Source: Gammaproteobacteria bacterium
GTDB lineage: Bacteria; Pseudomonadota; Gammaproteobacteria; Tenderiales; Tenderiaceae
NCBI GenBank assembly: GCA_016200485.1
Contig: JACQEP010000010.1
Span: 287,644 to 351,643, forward strand
DNA: 64,000 nt
Direction: 5' to 3'
The position numbers and the translations under genes are program-made. The notes below the pieces were generated by a model. The model was not told the origin of the DNA. It ran no database searches and worked only from the letters and a program-made list of their open reading frames with translations. Every line of letters starts with the position of its first letter. The stretch's first letter is position 1. This document shows, piece by piece, positions 30,603 through 40,461 of this stretch.

Positions 30603-30890
30603 TCAATGCATCACAAGCCGGTAATGCTCGTCCTCTGGCTTCTCATGCTTCACATCAAAACCTTCCACATAATGCATAATTCCATTTGCCAACGCTCGAT
30701 GCGGACTGTAACCCGTGATAGCGACAAACATTGGATACACTGCAGCAATCGGCAACAGTGATAGCCAGCCCAAGTGACCATCAGCCACCATAAACACCGA
30801 CGCAATCAAAAGTATGCCTAATAACAGGTCACCTAGACGCGCATAACCATCGACATTTTGAATTTTCACAACTTCATTAGTGTGTTTCAT
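30603..30890 (-). CDS. DUF2892 (YgaP C-terminal-like) small membrane protein
   Basis: Two TM helices (LLLGILLIASVFMVADG, LLPIAAVYPMFVAITG). An AAGGAG RBS lies 7 nt before the internal Met at 30890. Confidence 0.6.
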   Translation of the reverse strand: MKHTNEVVKIQNVDGYARLGDLLLGILLIASVFMVADGHLGWLSLLPIAAVYPMFVAITGYSPHRALANGIMHYVEGFDVKHEKPEDEHYRLVMH

Positions 30891-31431
30891 TGTAAATCTC
30901 CTTGTGTGAATACATTTATTGCCAGAATGCAGTTTCATTAACTCACATCATCATGAATTAAATATGAAACGGACAGTGAAGGAGTTTCGACACTCACTTT
31001 GTTTAAGTGACCATGCTGAACTCGCGCCGGTCAACACTAGCAAATGCCGTGCCAGCCGTATTTTCTATGATGCAAATCAAATGGTTGGTGAAATTACTCA
31101 GCGTCTTGCTGGTTAACAGAACAACAAGTAATGTCGCCGCCCGGCGACACAGAAACCCTGAAATACAGAGAAGCATAGACAAGACACTGAAGTTAATTGA
31201 ATTTACGTTGTCGCCAATGAGAAACGCCCTGATCAACATCATTGGATGTTTCACGCATTTTAATTACTTCACTAGCAACATCCTGACAACATCAAATAAG
31301 TGCTCTTGAATACCAACCAAACTGTGCTAGTGTTGTGTTGCAGTCCGAAGCTTACCTTTCAACCACAGCTTATCTTTCCCGTTGTCCGCAGTCGGTACTT
31401 AGTTTTTATTTCACTCAAGGAGGAGAATGTT

Positions 31432-32034
31432 ATGTCTAAACATATGTCCGCGATCATTTGCACCAGCTTGTGCCTGCTATGGAATGTCAACAGTTATGCC
31501 GATCAGGAGAAACCGAAAAATTTCACCGCCAACCTTAGCGGTGGCGAACAGGTGTTAGCTGCAACGATTAAAGACGCAAATAATAACAATATTACGATTC
31601 CTATTGGACCACTGGTCACCGGCGCCCATGGCCATGCTCGCTTTTCCTTATCGAGCGACCATACGATGCTGCATTATCAATTCGAGGCAATGGGGTTTAG
31701 TACGCCGTTGTTCATGGCCCACATCCATCTTGGACCTGAAGGCGCCAATGGCCCGGTGATACTCTGGCTCTTTGGAGATCAAAGCAATGCGCCCTTCCCT
31801 CTGCCACGAAATGACGGGCCGTGGACCGGATCGATAAGTGGCACACTTACCGCCGCCAATCTAATTCCGGCACCTGGCCTTGGACTCAATACCTTTGAAG
31901 ATGCGGTCATGAACATCATGCATGGAAACGCGTATATCAATCTGCATACAACGAAGAATGTTCCAGGTGAAATACGCGGCCAAATTCATCAAATGGGCCA
32001 TGGTCCATTTGAAAAAATGGGCGATATGCACTAA
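31432..32034 (+). CDS. CHRD domain secreted protein
   Basis: Strong aaggagga RBS and a signal peptide. The AHIHLGPEGANGPV...L motif is characteristic of CHRD domains. Confidence 0.7.
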   Translation: MSKHMSAIICTSLCLLWNVNSYADQEKPKNFTANLSGGEQVLAATIKDANNNNITIPIGPLVTGAHGHARFSLSSDHTMLHYQFEAMGFSTPLFMAHIHLGPEGANGPVILWLFGDQSNAPFPLPRNDGPWTGSISGTLTAANLIPAPGLGLNTFEDAVMNIMHGNAYINLHTTKNVPGEIRGQIHQMGHGPFEKMGDMH

Positions 32035-32092
32035 GCAATAGCCAGGGGTGCTTCGGCACCCCTTTCATTACCATCGCGGGTGATGGTTATAT

Positions 32093-32851
32093 TCAGTAGC
32101 GAATCGCGTACCAAGCCCTGCCTACCAGCTCATGCATCGCATAATAGCTGGTCGTTAACGCGCCCGGATTCGGAAAAAACTGTAGCACACCGCTGTCATG
32201 TTCCAGTAAAAACATAGTAGGTGCCGGTACCACATCCAGCCCCGCTTGCTTGAAAATCGCCACCGAACGCGGCATATGCCAGGCATGGGTGACCAGCAAA
32301 ACGCGCTTTACACCTTTTTCATCGAGGACCTTTTTCGAGAACATGGCATTCTCGCCCGTGGTGCGGCTTTCGCCTTCCAACCATACGTCAGTGATGCCAT
32401 AGTCATTTTTTAATGCTGCCGCCATGACTTGTGCCAGACTATCGCCACTGGTGTCGAAACCGTAACCGCCAGTCACCAGAATTGGTAACCCGGTGATGCG
32501 ATGCAAATAAGCGCCATAACGCAGCCGGATCAGCGTACTTTCTTCGACGGTGTCCCCACCATATTCCGGGGCATCTTTGTAACGCCCGGCCGACAACACC
32601 ACGATTGCCCCAGCACCTGAACGTTTGACCTGATCTGCCGTCAGCGCCGGCATAGTCTGTAACTGATCAATCAATGCATGCGAGATCCAGGACGTGCTCA
32701 GCAGATAGCCCAGCACCAAAACCAGCCCCAGCAACAGCTTGGCCAGAAATGGCCGGAACCACAGCAATATCCAGCCGATCGCCAACAACATCAAAAACAA
32801 ACCCGGCGGCAACAATAAACTCTTAAAGAGGTAATTAATAAGTAAATCCAT
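32093..32851 (-). CDS. ElyC/YdcF/SanA family protein (DUF218)
   Basis: 252 aa with two N-terminal TM helices followed by a DUF218-like domain (GGYGFD...LVTHAWHMPRS). Confidence 0.75.
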   Translation of the reverse strand: MDLLINYLFKSLLLPPGLFLMLLAIGWILLWFRPFLAKLLLGLVLVLGYLLSTSWISHALIDQLQTMPALTADQVKRSGAGAIVVLSAGRYKDAPEYGGDTVEESTLIRLRYGAYLHRITGLPILVTGGYGFDTSGDSLAQVMAAALKNDYGITDVWLEGESRTTGENAMFSKKVLDEKGVKRVLLVTHAWHMPRSVAIFKQAGLDVVPAPTMFLLEHDSGVLQFFPNPGALTTSYYAMHELVGRAWYAIRY

Positions 32852-32930
32852 CCAAAACGCTCCCCTGATTCAAAACGAACCGCCAGCACTGGCCTTTATC
32901 GGCGCTCGAAACTTCGCTAGTATCATTGTT

Positions 32931-33992
32931 ATGCGACATATACTGCAACTACGCCCCAGCCACAACAATCCTCGCAATAGCGAGGGCAGTTTCATTCAAC
33001 TCCAGGATGGCCGCATCCTCTTTATCTACACCCGTTTTAGCGGCGGTTATCAGGATCATGATGCCGCCTGCCTGGTCGCTCGATTATCGCCGGATAATGG
33101 CCAGACCTGGACCACTGATGATGAATTGATCGTTGCCAACGAAGGCAAACAAAATGTCATGTCCGTATCGCTGCTACGCCTTCCTGATCGCCGCATCGCG
33201 CTATTTTATGAACGCAAAAACTCAAGCGCTGATTGTCGCCCCTATCTGCGCTACTCATCTGACGAAGGCCATACGTGGACCACTCCAATTACTTGCATCT
33301 CAGATAATGAGATGGGGTATTACGTTCTTCTCAACGACCGCGTCGTACAATTGCGGTCCGGCCGCTTGGTTATGCCTGTTGCGCTGCACAACGCTCCCGG
33401 TTGGCCAAAATGGACCTCCTATGGTGTTGCGATGTGTTATCTATCGGATGACCAAGGACAGACCTGGCGCCGCAGCGTCAGCACCTTGGATGGTAAAATG
33501 GAAACCCGTCATGTAATCGTACAGGAACCAGGTGTTATCGAACTCAAGAATGGCCGCTTGATGATGTTCTGCCGCACTGACGCTGGCTATCAATATTTTT
33601 CTTACTCTGAAGACGGCGGTGATCACTGGTCGCCACTGCAAACCTCAGCCATCTTGTCGCCTCTCTCTCCAGCCTCGATCAAACGCATCCCGAACACGGG
33701 CGATTTGCTCATGATTTGGAATAATTCACCAACAGTGGAAGCCGCCTTACAAGATGAACGTACCCCGCTCACTGCCGCCATCTCGCGCGATGAAGGTAAA
33801 AGCTGGAATCACGTTATCACCCTGGAAAATGACCCGGAGGGATGGTATTGCTATACCGCCATTCACTTTGCAAAAGATAATGTCTTGCTCGCCTACTGTT
33901 CGGGCAATCGGCGCGAATACCCGGAACTCTCCATGACACAAATCTCGAAATTGCCGATCGCTATGCTTTATAAAAACTCATCACACCCTTGA
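32931..33992 (+). CDS. BNR/Asp-box repeat glycoside hydrolase (sialidase-like), no signal peptide
   Basis: Five Asp-box motifs S-x-D-x-G-x-T/S-W (SPDNGQTW, SSDEGHTW, SDDQGQTW, SEDGGDHW, SRDEGKSW) spaced as in a 6-bladed propeller. Confidence 0.75.
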   Translation: MRHILQLRPSHNNPRNSEGSFIQLQDGRILFIYTRFSGGYQDHDAACLVARLSPDNGQTWTTDDELIVANEGKQNVMSVSLLRLPDRRIALFYERKNSSADCRPYLRYSSDEGHTWTTPITCISDNEMGYYVLLNDRVVQLRSGRLVMPVALHNAPGWPKWTSYGVAMCYLSDDQGQTWRRSVSTLDGKMETRHVIVQEPGVIELKNGRLMMFCRTDAGYQYFSYSEDGGDHWSPLQTSAILSPLSPASIKRIPNTGDLLMIWNNSPTVEAALQDERTPLTAAISRDEGKSWNHVITLENDPEGWYCYTAIHFAKDNVLLAYCSGNRREYPELSMTQISKLPIAMLYKNSSHP

Positions 33993-34272
33993 TCCAAGCC
34001 AGGCAATAGCCTTTTCTCGATCCGAGAAAATCGCCATACTAAAAACAATGCCTGCCCAAAAATGCCCCAGGGATATCGATCAGTGACCACGGCCACCGCG
34101 CAAAGGTATTTTGAGCGACTATAAATCTCATGGCAGCAAAAGTGAACGAATAGGGATGCTTACGATTTGCCAAAAAGAATCGCCGGACACGGCTCTATCG
34201 TTTTAATAAAATCGATAAGCTCCCGCACTTGCACGACATCAATCTCTACGCCTTCATCGACAACTGTCTCGA

Positions 34273-34298
34273 TAAAAAAGCGCCCCATTCGGGGCGCT
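34273..34298 (-). terminator. rho-independent terminator of the OmpA-family gene
   Basis: GC hairpin agcgccccgaatggggcgct followed by a U-run (ttttttat) on the minus strand, 10 bp after the stop. Confidence 0.55.
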
Positions 34299-34307
34299 CT
34301 AACAAAA

Positions 34308-34985
34308 TTACTGCTTGGTGATTGGATCGAGCGTGATCTCGACCCGGCGATTACGGGCCTTGCCATCGGCTGTTTCGTTAGAGGCTACGGGATGGGTCTC
34401 GCCATAACCCACCGCCGCCAGTCGCTCGGCGACTACACCGTGATTTTGCAGGTATTGCGCTACAGTCTGCGCCCGCTGTTGCGACAACGCCATGTTGTGG
34501 TCAGCAGCACCCGTGCTATCGGTGTGCCCTGCAACTGTCACCAACGTCGATTCATATTCTTTCAACACCAGATTCACAGAATCGAGCGCGCTGAAAAAAT
34601 CTGGCTTCAATCCGGCACTGTTTACATCAAAGGTAATTGCGCTCGGCATGTTCAAAATAATATTGTCGCCATTACGGGTCACACTGACACCTGTATTTTG
34701 CAGCTTCTCGCGCAGCTTGGCTTCCTGAACATCCATGTAATAACCCACACCACCGCCAGCGATGGCACCAATGCCCGCACCTTTCAGAACGCGTTGCTTG
34801 CGATGTTCTTTATCCCCCGTGGCAGCCCCAATAACAGCACCCGTCACACCACCGATAAGTGCGCCGCTGGTCGCCTTGGCTGTTTGTTTTTCACCCGTGT
34901 AGGGATTCACCGTCGAGCAACCCGCCACCCCAAGCCCTACTACACAGGACCCTACTACTACCCAACGACCCAACTGCAACTTCAT
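34308..34985 (-). CDS. OmpA family lipoprotein (glycine-zipper + OmpA_C peptidoglycan-binding)
   Basis: 225 aa with lipobox VAGCS, a Gly-zipper (GALIGGVTGAVIGAATG) and OmpA_C motifs (TDSTG...N..LS..RA). Confidence 0.85.
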   Translation of the reverse strand: MKLQLGRWVVVGSCVVGLGVAGCSTVNPYTGEKQTAKATSGALIGGVTGAVIGAATGDKEHRKQRVLKGAGIGAIAGGGVGYYMDVQEAKLREKLQNTGVSVTRNGDNIILNMPSAITFDVNSAGLKPDFFSALDSVNLVLKEYESTLVTVAGHTDSTGAADHNMALSQQRAQTVAQYLQNHGVVAERLAAVGYGETHPVASNETADGKARNRRVEITLDPITKQ

Positions 34986-35113
34986 ACTGCTCTCCTTCTG
35001 GTTCAGACAAAATTCGTGCGATCTTACCGAATCGGGCTCTAACCGGCCAGAGGTTCAGCGAAGATGTCGCCTAATACGGTACAATGCTGCCCTATCTTTA
35101 ACCGGAATGACTC

Positions 35114-36286
35114 GTGTTTCATTTCACCTCCCTGCCACCGCTATCGCTTTACGTCCATATTCCCTGGTGCGTGCGTAAATGCCCGTATTGCGACTTTAAT
35201 TCGCATGCGCGCAAGGTTGATAGCGGCATACCTGAAATCGCTTACGTCGATGCCCTGATCGCTGACCTGGAACTGGAATTACCGCTGATCTGGGGCCGCA
35301 AGGTGCAAACCATCTTCGTCGGCGGCGGCACCCCCAGCCTGTTCTCGCCCGAGGCGCTGGATCGGCTGCTCTGCGGCCTGCGCGCCCGGCTGGCCTTTCC
35401 GTCCACCACCGAAATTACCCTGGAGGCCAACCCAGGCACGATCGAAAGCGGCAAATTTCATGAATTCCGGGCCGTGGGCATCAACCGGCTCTCCATCGGT
35501 GTCCAGAGCTTCGATGACGCCCTGCTTCAGCGCATCGGGCGCATCCATGGCCGCCGCGAGGCCATCCGCGCCGCTGAAGAGGCGCACCACGCCGGTTTCG
35601 ACAACTTCAACCTGGACCTGATGTTCGGCTTGCCTGCACAAACCGTGGCCATGGCCCGTAAAGACCTGGATACCGCCATCGCGCTCAGCCCCAGCCACCT
35701 CTCGCATTATCAGCTGACTCTGGAACCCAACACCCAGTTCCACGCCCAGCCGCCCCAATTGCCCGAGGACGACTTGCTATGGGAAATGCAGGATCAGTGT
35801 CACGCCCGGCTGGAAGAGGCGGGATACGGTCATTATGAGATCTCGGCCTTCGCCAAGCCTGACCGCCAGTGCCGCCACAATCTCAATTACTGGCAGTTTG
35901 GCGATTATCTCGGCATCGGCGCCGGTGCTCATGGCAAAATCAGCGATGCCCGCAGCCAATCGATCCAGCGTTCCTGGAAACTCAAGCACCCGGATCAATA
36001 CCTGGCGGCCGCAGCCACAGAGGCCCGACTGGGCGGCAGCAACCTGCTCACCCCACGAGATGCCGCCTTTGAATTCATGCTCAACGCCTTGCGCCTGATT
36101 GAGGGTGTGCCCAGCCATCTGTTTCAAGATCATACCGGCCTGCCACTGAACATCGCCCAGGAGACGCTGCACAAGGCCGAGTCCAAAGGGCTGATTGAAT
36201 GGGACGCCCACCGCATTCGGCCTACCCTCCAAGGGCAGCGTTTTCTCAATGATCTGTTGCAGATGTTTTTACCGGAAGACACCTAA
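35114..36286 (+). CDS. hemW: radical SAM haem chaperone HemW (YggW)
   Basis: 390 aa with the radical SAM motif CVRKCPYCDF and an HemN_C-like tail. Confidence 0.85.
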   Translation: MFHFTSLPPLSLYVHIPWCVRKCPYCDFNSHARKVDSGIPEIAYVDALIADLELELPLIWGRKVQTIFVGGGTPSLFSPEALDRLLCGLRARLAFPSTTEITLEANPGTIESGKFHEFRAVGINRLSIGVQSFDDALLQRIGRIHGRREAIRAAEEAHHAGFDNFNLDLMFGLPAQTVAMARKDLDTAIALSPSHLSHYQLTLEPNTQFHAQPPQLPEDDLLWEMQDQCHARLEEAGYGHYEISAFAKPDRQCRHNLNYWQFGDYLGIGAGAHGKISDARSQSIQRSWKLKHPDQYLAAAATEARLGGSNLLTPRDAAFEFMLNALRLIEGVPSHLFQDHTGLPLNIAQETLHKAESKGLIEWDAHRIRPTLQGQRFLNDLLQMFLPEDT

Positions 36287-36391
36287 ACCCGCATTTCTCA
36301 CCCCAGATCGTAGCGAGGACGCCTAGAGTGAGAAATGCGGGTTAATATGCGAAAATGCGCGGCTTGATTACAGGATTTGAAGGTAGTTGAA

Positions 36392-37237
36392 ATGACAACA
36401 TTGGTGATGCAAGGCCCGGAATTGACTCCCGCTCAGGCGCAAGCGATTGCTGATCGCCTTAATGCACGACTCGAACCGTGCGCCCGCGGCCATTTTCGTG
36501 CTCAGATTATCAATACCATCGATGCTGACACACTCAATCGCCTGAGCCAGGAATATCACGCTGACTTAAACCTGCTGGCTGACAGTTTTGATCCGACTAC
36601 GGTGCGCCTAGTAATCTCGGACATGGACTCAACCCTGATCAACATCGAGTGCATTGATGAAATCGCGGACTTTGCTGGCATCAAACCCCAGGTCTCCGCC
36701 ATCACCGAAGCCACCATGCACGGCGAGCTGAATTTTGAACAATCACTGACCAAACGCGTGGGGCTGCTGACCGGACTTGATGCCGGCGCGCTTGATCATG
36801 TCTATCGCGAACGGCTGCGCCCCAATCCCGGCGCCGAAACCATGATCGCCGGCCTGCATGCCAAAGGCGTCAAAGTCGCACTGGTTTCGGGTGGCTTTAC
36901 CTACTTTACCGAACAACTCAAGACACAACTCAAGCTGGATTACGCGCGCGGTAACACGCTCGACATTATTGACAACAAACTTACAGGCAAGATACTGGGC
37001 AACATTGTCGGCGCCGAAGGCAAACGCGATTTCCTGCTCGAACTCTGCTCGACGCTAGACATTACTCCGAAACAAGCCATTGCAATAGGCGACGGCGCCA
37101 ATGATCTCATCATGATGAAAGAAGCCGGACTCAGCATTGCCTACCACGCCAAACCCAAGGTCCAAGCTCAAGCCCATACAGTACTGAATCATTGCGGACT
37201 GGAGGGTGTATTGAGCCTGCTCAACCTACCGCACTAA
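36392..37237 (+). CDS. serB: phosphoserine phosphatase SerB
   Basis: HAD motif ISDMDST...IECIDE aligns to E. coli SerB. The start is assigned to ATG at 36392 with a GAAGG RBS; the listed ORF starts at an upstream TTG. Confidence 0.85.
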   Translation: MTTLVMQGPELTPAQAQAIADRLNARLEPCARGHFRAQIINTIDADTLNRLSQEYHADLNLLADSFDPTTVRLVISDMDSTLINIECIDEIADFAGIKPQVSAITEATMHGELNFEQSLTKRVGLLTGLDAGALDHVYRERLRPNPGAETMIAGLHAKGVKVALVSGGFTYFTEQLKTQLKLDYARGNTLDIIDNKLTGKILGNIVGAEGKRDFLLELCSTLDITPKQAIAIGDGANDLIMMKEAGLSIAYHAKPKVQAQAHTVLNHCGLEGVLSLLNLPH

Positions 37238-37250
37238 ACCACCTTGGCCG

Positions 37251-37508
37251 CTAGGGAGAAACGATATCCAATAGCAAACTCCGCTTGCCGTTGGATTCGA
37301 TTTCCTTCCGGAAACTCCCTAACGCATCATCCCAGGCGGACAACAGCTCTCGCAACTCGCGGCACTTTTTATCACTCACATCCGCGCGACAATTGTCGTC
37401 AGCAAAATTTCTCAATTCATACGCCAATGCATTCCCCAACACCGTCAAACGCTGCGCGCTCATACACTCTTTACTGATCATACCCCGTGACCCCTGATTG
37501 TTTTTCAC
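37251..37508 (-). CDS. hypothetical small protein
   Basis: 85-aa ORF with no recognisable motifs and a weak RBS. It is listed only because it fills a gap that is otherwise non-coding. Confidence 0.3.
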   Translation of the reverse strand: MKNNQGSRGMISKECMSAQRLTVLGNALAYELRNFADDNCRADVSDKKCRELRELLSAWDDALGSFRKEIESNGKRSLLLDIVSP

Positions 37509-37756
37509 TTCGTGTTGATTGATTCAGAAGCAACAACACCGAAAGACCATTGGCAATATCATAACCACAGAAATAATCCACCGCAAAGCACAAAAAATAT
37601 GTGCCTGAAGTACTGAAAAAATTCCTCATGAACTCAAATAATTACTAGCAAATAAGAATATTAGTGATTAATGATTCTTTGGTGGCGCAACGCTTGCGCA
37701 ATCACAAATAACACAACATTGACACGGCTATAACAGCCACCCAATGGTGTCTTAAG

Positions 37757-38218
37757 TTATATTGCAAATGCTTTAATTCTACGACTTGACCACTGATCAC
37801 ACGACCAACGGCCAACCCCAGCCGTTGCCAATAACAGTAAAACTACACCCCAAGCCTGATGATCGGTCGCGGCAGCAGGATCAAGATCCGGATAACTGAT
37901 TACGGCCATAATATTGAACATAAACAACAGCAATGCAGCAGGCCGCGCCAGCAAGCCAATTACCAGCAATACAGGCATCACCAATTCGATAAACGTTCCA
38001 AGATAGGCCGCATAGAGTGGCGAAAGTAATGGCACTGCATATTCGTTCTCAAAAAGATAAAGTGTGGTATCCCAACTGGTAATTTTCAGATAACCCGATT
38101 TGAAAAACGCCCACGCCACCCACACACGCAATAATAAAAATGCCAGCGGTGCCAGCCAGTCCAGAACTTTGGCGACATATTGCCACGCATGAAAAACAGG
38201 ATTAACAGCTACTTTCAT
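37757..38218 (-). CDS. DoxX family membrane protein (BufD/GigD-like, 4th gene of bufferin-type operon)
   Basis: 153 aa with 4 TM helices of DoxX type. It overlaps the preceding DUF2063 gene by 17 nt, consistent with an operon. Confidence 0.8.
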   Translation of the reverse strand: MKVAVNPVFHAWQYVAKVLDWLAPLAFLLLRVWVAWAFFKSGYLKITSWDTTLYLFENEYAVPLLSPLYAAYLGTFIELVMPVLLVIGLLARPAALLLFMFNIMAVISYPDLDPAAATDHQAWGVVLLLLATAGVGRWSCDQWSSRRIKAFAI

Positions 38219-38984
38219 CAGCTTTCCCCCTCTGTTTTAAACCAATAAAAATCCGGCGCGACAGACAAAAGGCCATGACAGTCGCCACATCCGTCTGATC
38301 CGCATAAGCAGTAAATACCTCACCCACTGGCACACCACCCGCCAAGGCCGTTACTAGCGCATATTCGGACACTCCTAACCGGACGATCTCGACATCAAAA
38401 TCAGTGCGATAGATCAGTAACCGATCACCGCCACTGCCAAGATCGATTTCCTCAAGTTCATCCCGGCGATGTTGTTGCCATATTTCCAGCACCGGGTACT
38501 GTGACTCAAGCCAGCGCAGGGCGGGATGCGGTATCAGTACACCATCATCGTTCATCTCAGCTGCATTCAAAACCAAGCTTGCTTCAGCATTAATGCCCGC
38601 ATGAAAAACTTCGTGATAGGCCCACTCCAGCCGCGCGATATCTGACAAATAGGGAAGTGCTTTGGCCGGAAGAAAATCTTTCAGAAACTCCGCCAGCGTC
38701 ACACCGTAGGCATGCACATTGGCGCTGGTGCGTGGATCATGTTGCCGATAAGCCTCTGCCAATGCCCCAAAGAAGGCCTCCCCCCCTAACCGTTTTATGA
38801 CGGGATACACAGCGGCCAGCGCCTCATGATGCCCGAGCACAAAATTATTGCGGTATACGGTCAACCGCTCGCGGCTGGAGAAGTGATCGCTTATCAGTTC
38901 ATCCGGCACCGCATTCAGCTGCCGCACCACAATCAGTTGACCCATTTCGAGTTGTAAATCACGCAGTGAGTGCATAACACCCAT
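38202..38984 (-). CDS. DUF2063 domain protein (BufC/GigC-like MNIO partner)
   Basis: It follows the DUF692 gene with overlap, as in gig/buf operons. The start is uncertain: the listed ORF extends to 39056, with internal Met candidates at 38984 and 38975. Confidence 0.7.
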   Translation of the reverse strand: MGVMHSLRDLQLEMGQLIVVRQLNAVPDELISDHFSSRERLTVYRNNFVLGHHEALAAVYPVIKRLGGEAFFGALAEAYRQHDPRTSANVHAYGVTLAEFLKDFLPAKALPYLSDIARLEWAYHEVFHAGINAEASLVLNAAEMNDDGVLIPHPALRWLESQYPVLEIWQQHRRDELEEIDLGSGGDRLLIYRTDFDVEIVRLGVSEYALVTALAGGVPVGEVFTAYADQTDVATVMAFCLSRRIFIGLKQRGKADESSC

Positions 38985-39837
38985 CCATAATGTGTTGTGC
39001 GCGCTGTGCTTCGGCCACCAACACCGGCAGCGGCGGCAAGACGGCGTCCCATTCAATTAACACCGGAATGCCCGCAAAACGGGCAACTGCGTGCTCATAC
39101 AAATCCCAGACCTCTTTCGATACTGGCTGGTCGTGGGTATCGATAATAAAGGTCGCCGCGTCGCGCAACTTCCTGGTGTGGCCGGCTAAATGTATCTCAC
39201 CGACAACGCCTGGCACGATATTGTTCAAATACGTTTTCGGATCGAACCGATGATTGATGGCGCTGACATACACATTATTAACGTCCAGCAATAACCCGCA
39301 ACCGCTACGGATCACCAGCTCGGAAAGAAATTCCCATTCACTCATGGTTGAATGTGCGTAGCGCACATAACTTGACAGATTTTCCATCAGAATTTGGCGG
39401 CCAAGAATCTCCTGGGCCTGCGTGACCCGGCCCGCGAGATGCATCAACGCCTCTTCGGTATACGGCAACGGCAGTAAATCATGGAAATGATGGCCTTGTA
39501 CTGATGACCATGACACATGCTCCGAGATCAAGCCGGGCTCAATATACTCGATCAAACGCTTGAGTTGTTTTAAATGAACCTCATCCAGCGGATCGGTCGA
39601 ACCTAGCGACAATCCTACTCCGTGAAGACTGACTGGATAATGTTCACGAATCTGCCCCAGTATCTGCCACGGCCGCCCACGCTCGCCAAAATAATTCTCA
39701 CTATGCACTTCCAGCCAGCCGACATCGGGATGTGCATGCAAAATGTCCTCATAATGCTCGGCCCGAAGACCGATCCCGGCGCACGCCGGGATCGGATGTG
39801 CAACCCGAGACCTGGGGTTTCGATGTTGCGTCACCAT
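38959..39837 (-). CDS. DUF692 multinuclear non-haem iron oxidase (MNIO; MbnB/BufB-like)
   Basis: 292 aa starting GIGLRAEHYEDIL...EVHSENYF, with LMENLSSY and EIHLAGH motifs typical of the DUF692/UPF0276 TIM barrel. Confidence 0.85.
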   Translation of the reverse strand: MVTQHRNPRSRVAHPIPACAGIGLRAEHYEDILHAHPDVGWLEVHSENYFGERGRPWQILGQIREHYPVSLHGVGLSLGSTDPLDEVHLKQLKRLIEYIEPGLISEHVSWSSVQGHHFHDLLPLPYTEEALMHLAGRVTQAQEILGRQILMENLSSYVRYAHSTMSEWEFLSELVIRSGCGLLLDVNNVYVSAINHRFDPKTYLNNIVPGVVGEIHLAGHTRKLRDAATFIIDTHDQPVSKEVWDLYEHAVARFAGIPVLIEWDAVLPPLPVLVAEAQRAQHIMDGCYALTA

Positions 39838-39842
39838 GACCG

Positions 39843-40109
39843 TTAAGCCTTCGGTTTGGCACTGCTATTAACGATCTTGTCGCATGTCCCCTTCGGTACG
39901 ACAAGAAATGCATTTGGGTCGGCATCTTTCTCGGCGTGACCGACACAGGAATTGGTCGAGGTCTTGCAATCGTTTTTGCCTGCTTTGACAATACCGTAGC
40001 ATTTCTCCATGTCATCCTTGGCTGCCAGGGCCGATGCAGACGCACCCATCAGGCTTAATGCGATGGCCGATGCCATAATTGCTTGAACTGAAGATTTACG
40101 ATTACCCAT
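39843..40109 (-). CDS. DUF2282-type signal-peptide/Cys-rich precursor (bufferin/GigA-like RiPP precursor)
   Basis: 88 aa with a Sec signal peptide and a core carrying 4 Cys (EKCYGIVKAGKNDC...NSCVGHAEKD...GTC). An AAGGAGA RBS precedes it. The gene is 5 bp upstream of the DUF692 gene. Confidence 0.75.
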   Translation of the reverse strand: MGNRKSSVQAIMASAIALSLMGASASALAAKDDMEKCYGIVKAGKNDCKTSTNSCVGHAEKDADPNAFLVVPKGTCDKIVNSSAKPKA

Positions 40110-40158
40110 AGTTGCTTCTCCTTATCTGTAATGATGAACTCAGTTTCGACACACCCGT

Positions 40159-40205
40159 GGTGCTCGCAGATAGAGACGCATGAAGTCTTATTTTGTTACA
40201 GGAGG
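40159..40205 (-). promoter_or_regulatory. putative ECF-sigma-type promoter of the buf-like operon (TGTAAC-N15-GCGTCT + conserved GGTGCTCGCAGATA box)
   Basis: The minus-strand reading ...CTGTAACAAAATAAGACTTCATGCGTCTCTATCTGCGAGCACC is almost identical to the motif at 41695-41741 upstream of the lactonase gene. Confidence 0.45.
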
Positions 40206-40219
40206 AAATGAAAAATTAG

Positions 40220-40359
40220 CAGCTTGTTGAAAAAGGCTCTTAGTCCCTTCTCCCTCCGGGAGAAGGCTAGGATGAGGGGATAAAATCAAGTAGTGATGAG
40301 GCATTTAACCCCTCACCCCAACCCTCTCCCTGGAGGAGAGGGAGTTTTTCAACAAGCTG
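40220..40359. repeat. 140-bp MITE (15-bp TIR CAGCTTGTTGAAAAA) carrying the GGGAGAAGG...CCTCACCCCAACCCTCTCCC core
   Basis: TIRs at 40220-40234 and 40345-40359. The internal ~105 bp is the reverse complement of the 26953-27055 element. Confidence 0.65.
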
Positions 40360-40461
40360 TTACTGATCTTTTTTTCGAATCATGGAGATAAAAAACAAAA
40401 GGACGGCATCGCTGCCGTCCTCCTTGCTTTCGCAACTTAATGAGGATCGTGTTTCAATCGA

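Noticed and set aside
34167-35042. 291-aa + strand ORF opposite the OmpA-family lipoprotein gene
   Set aside because: It is antisense to a gene with lipobox, Gly-zipper and OmpA_C motifs and an identified terminator; its product is a low-complexity protein.
39056-39056. Long form of the DUF2063 gene (start at 39056, overlapping DUF692 by 98 bp)
   Set aside because: A 98-bp overlap is unlikely; internal Mets at 38984 and 38975 give the typical short overlap. The start remains uncertain.
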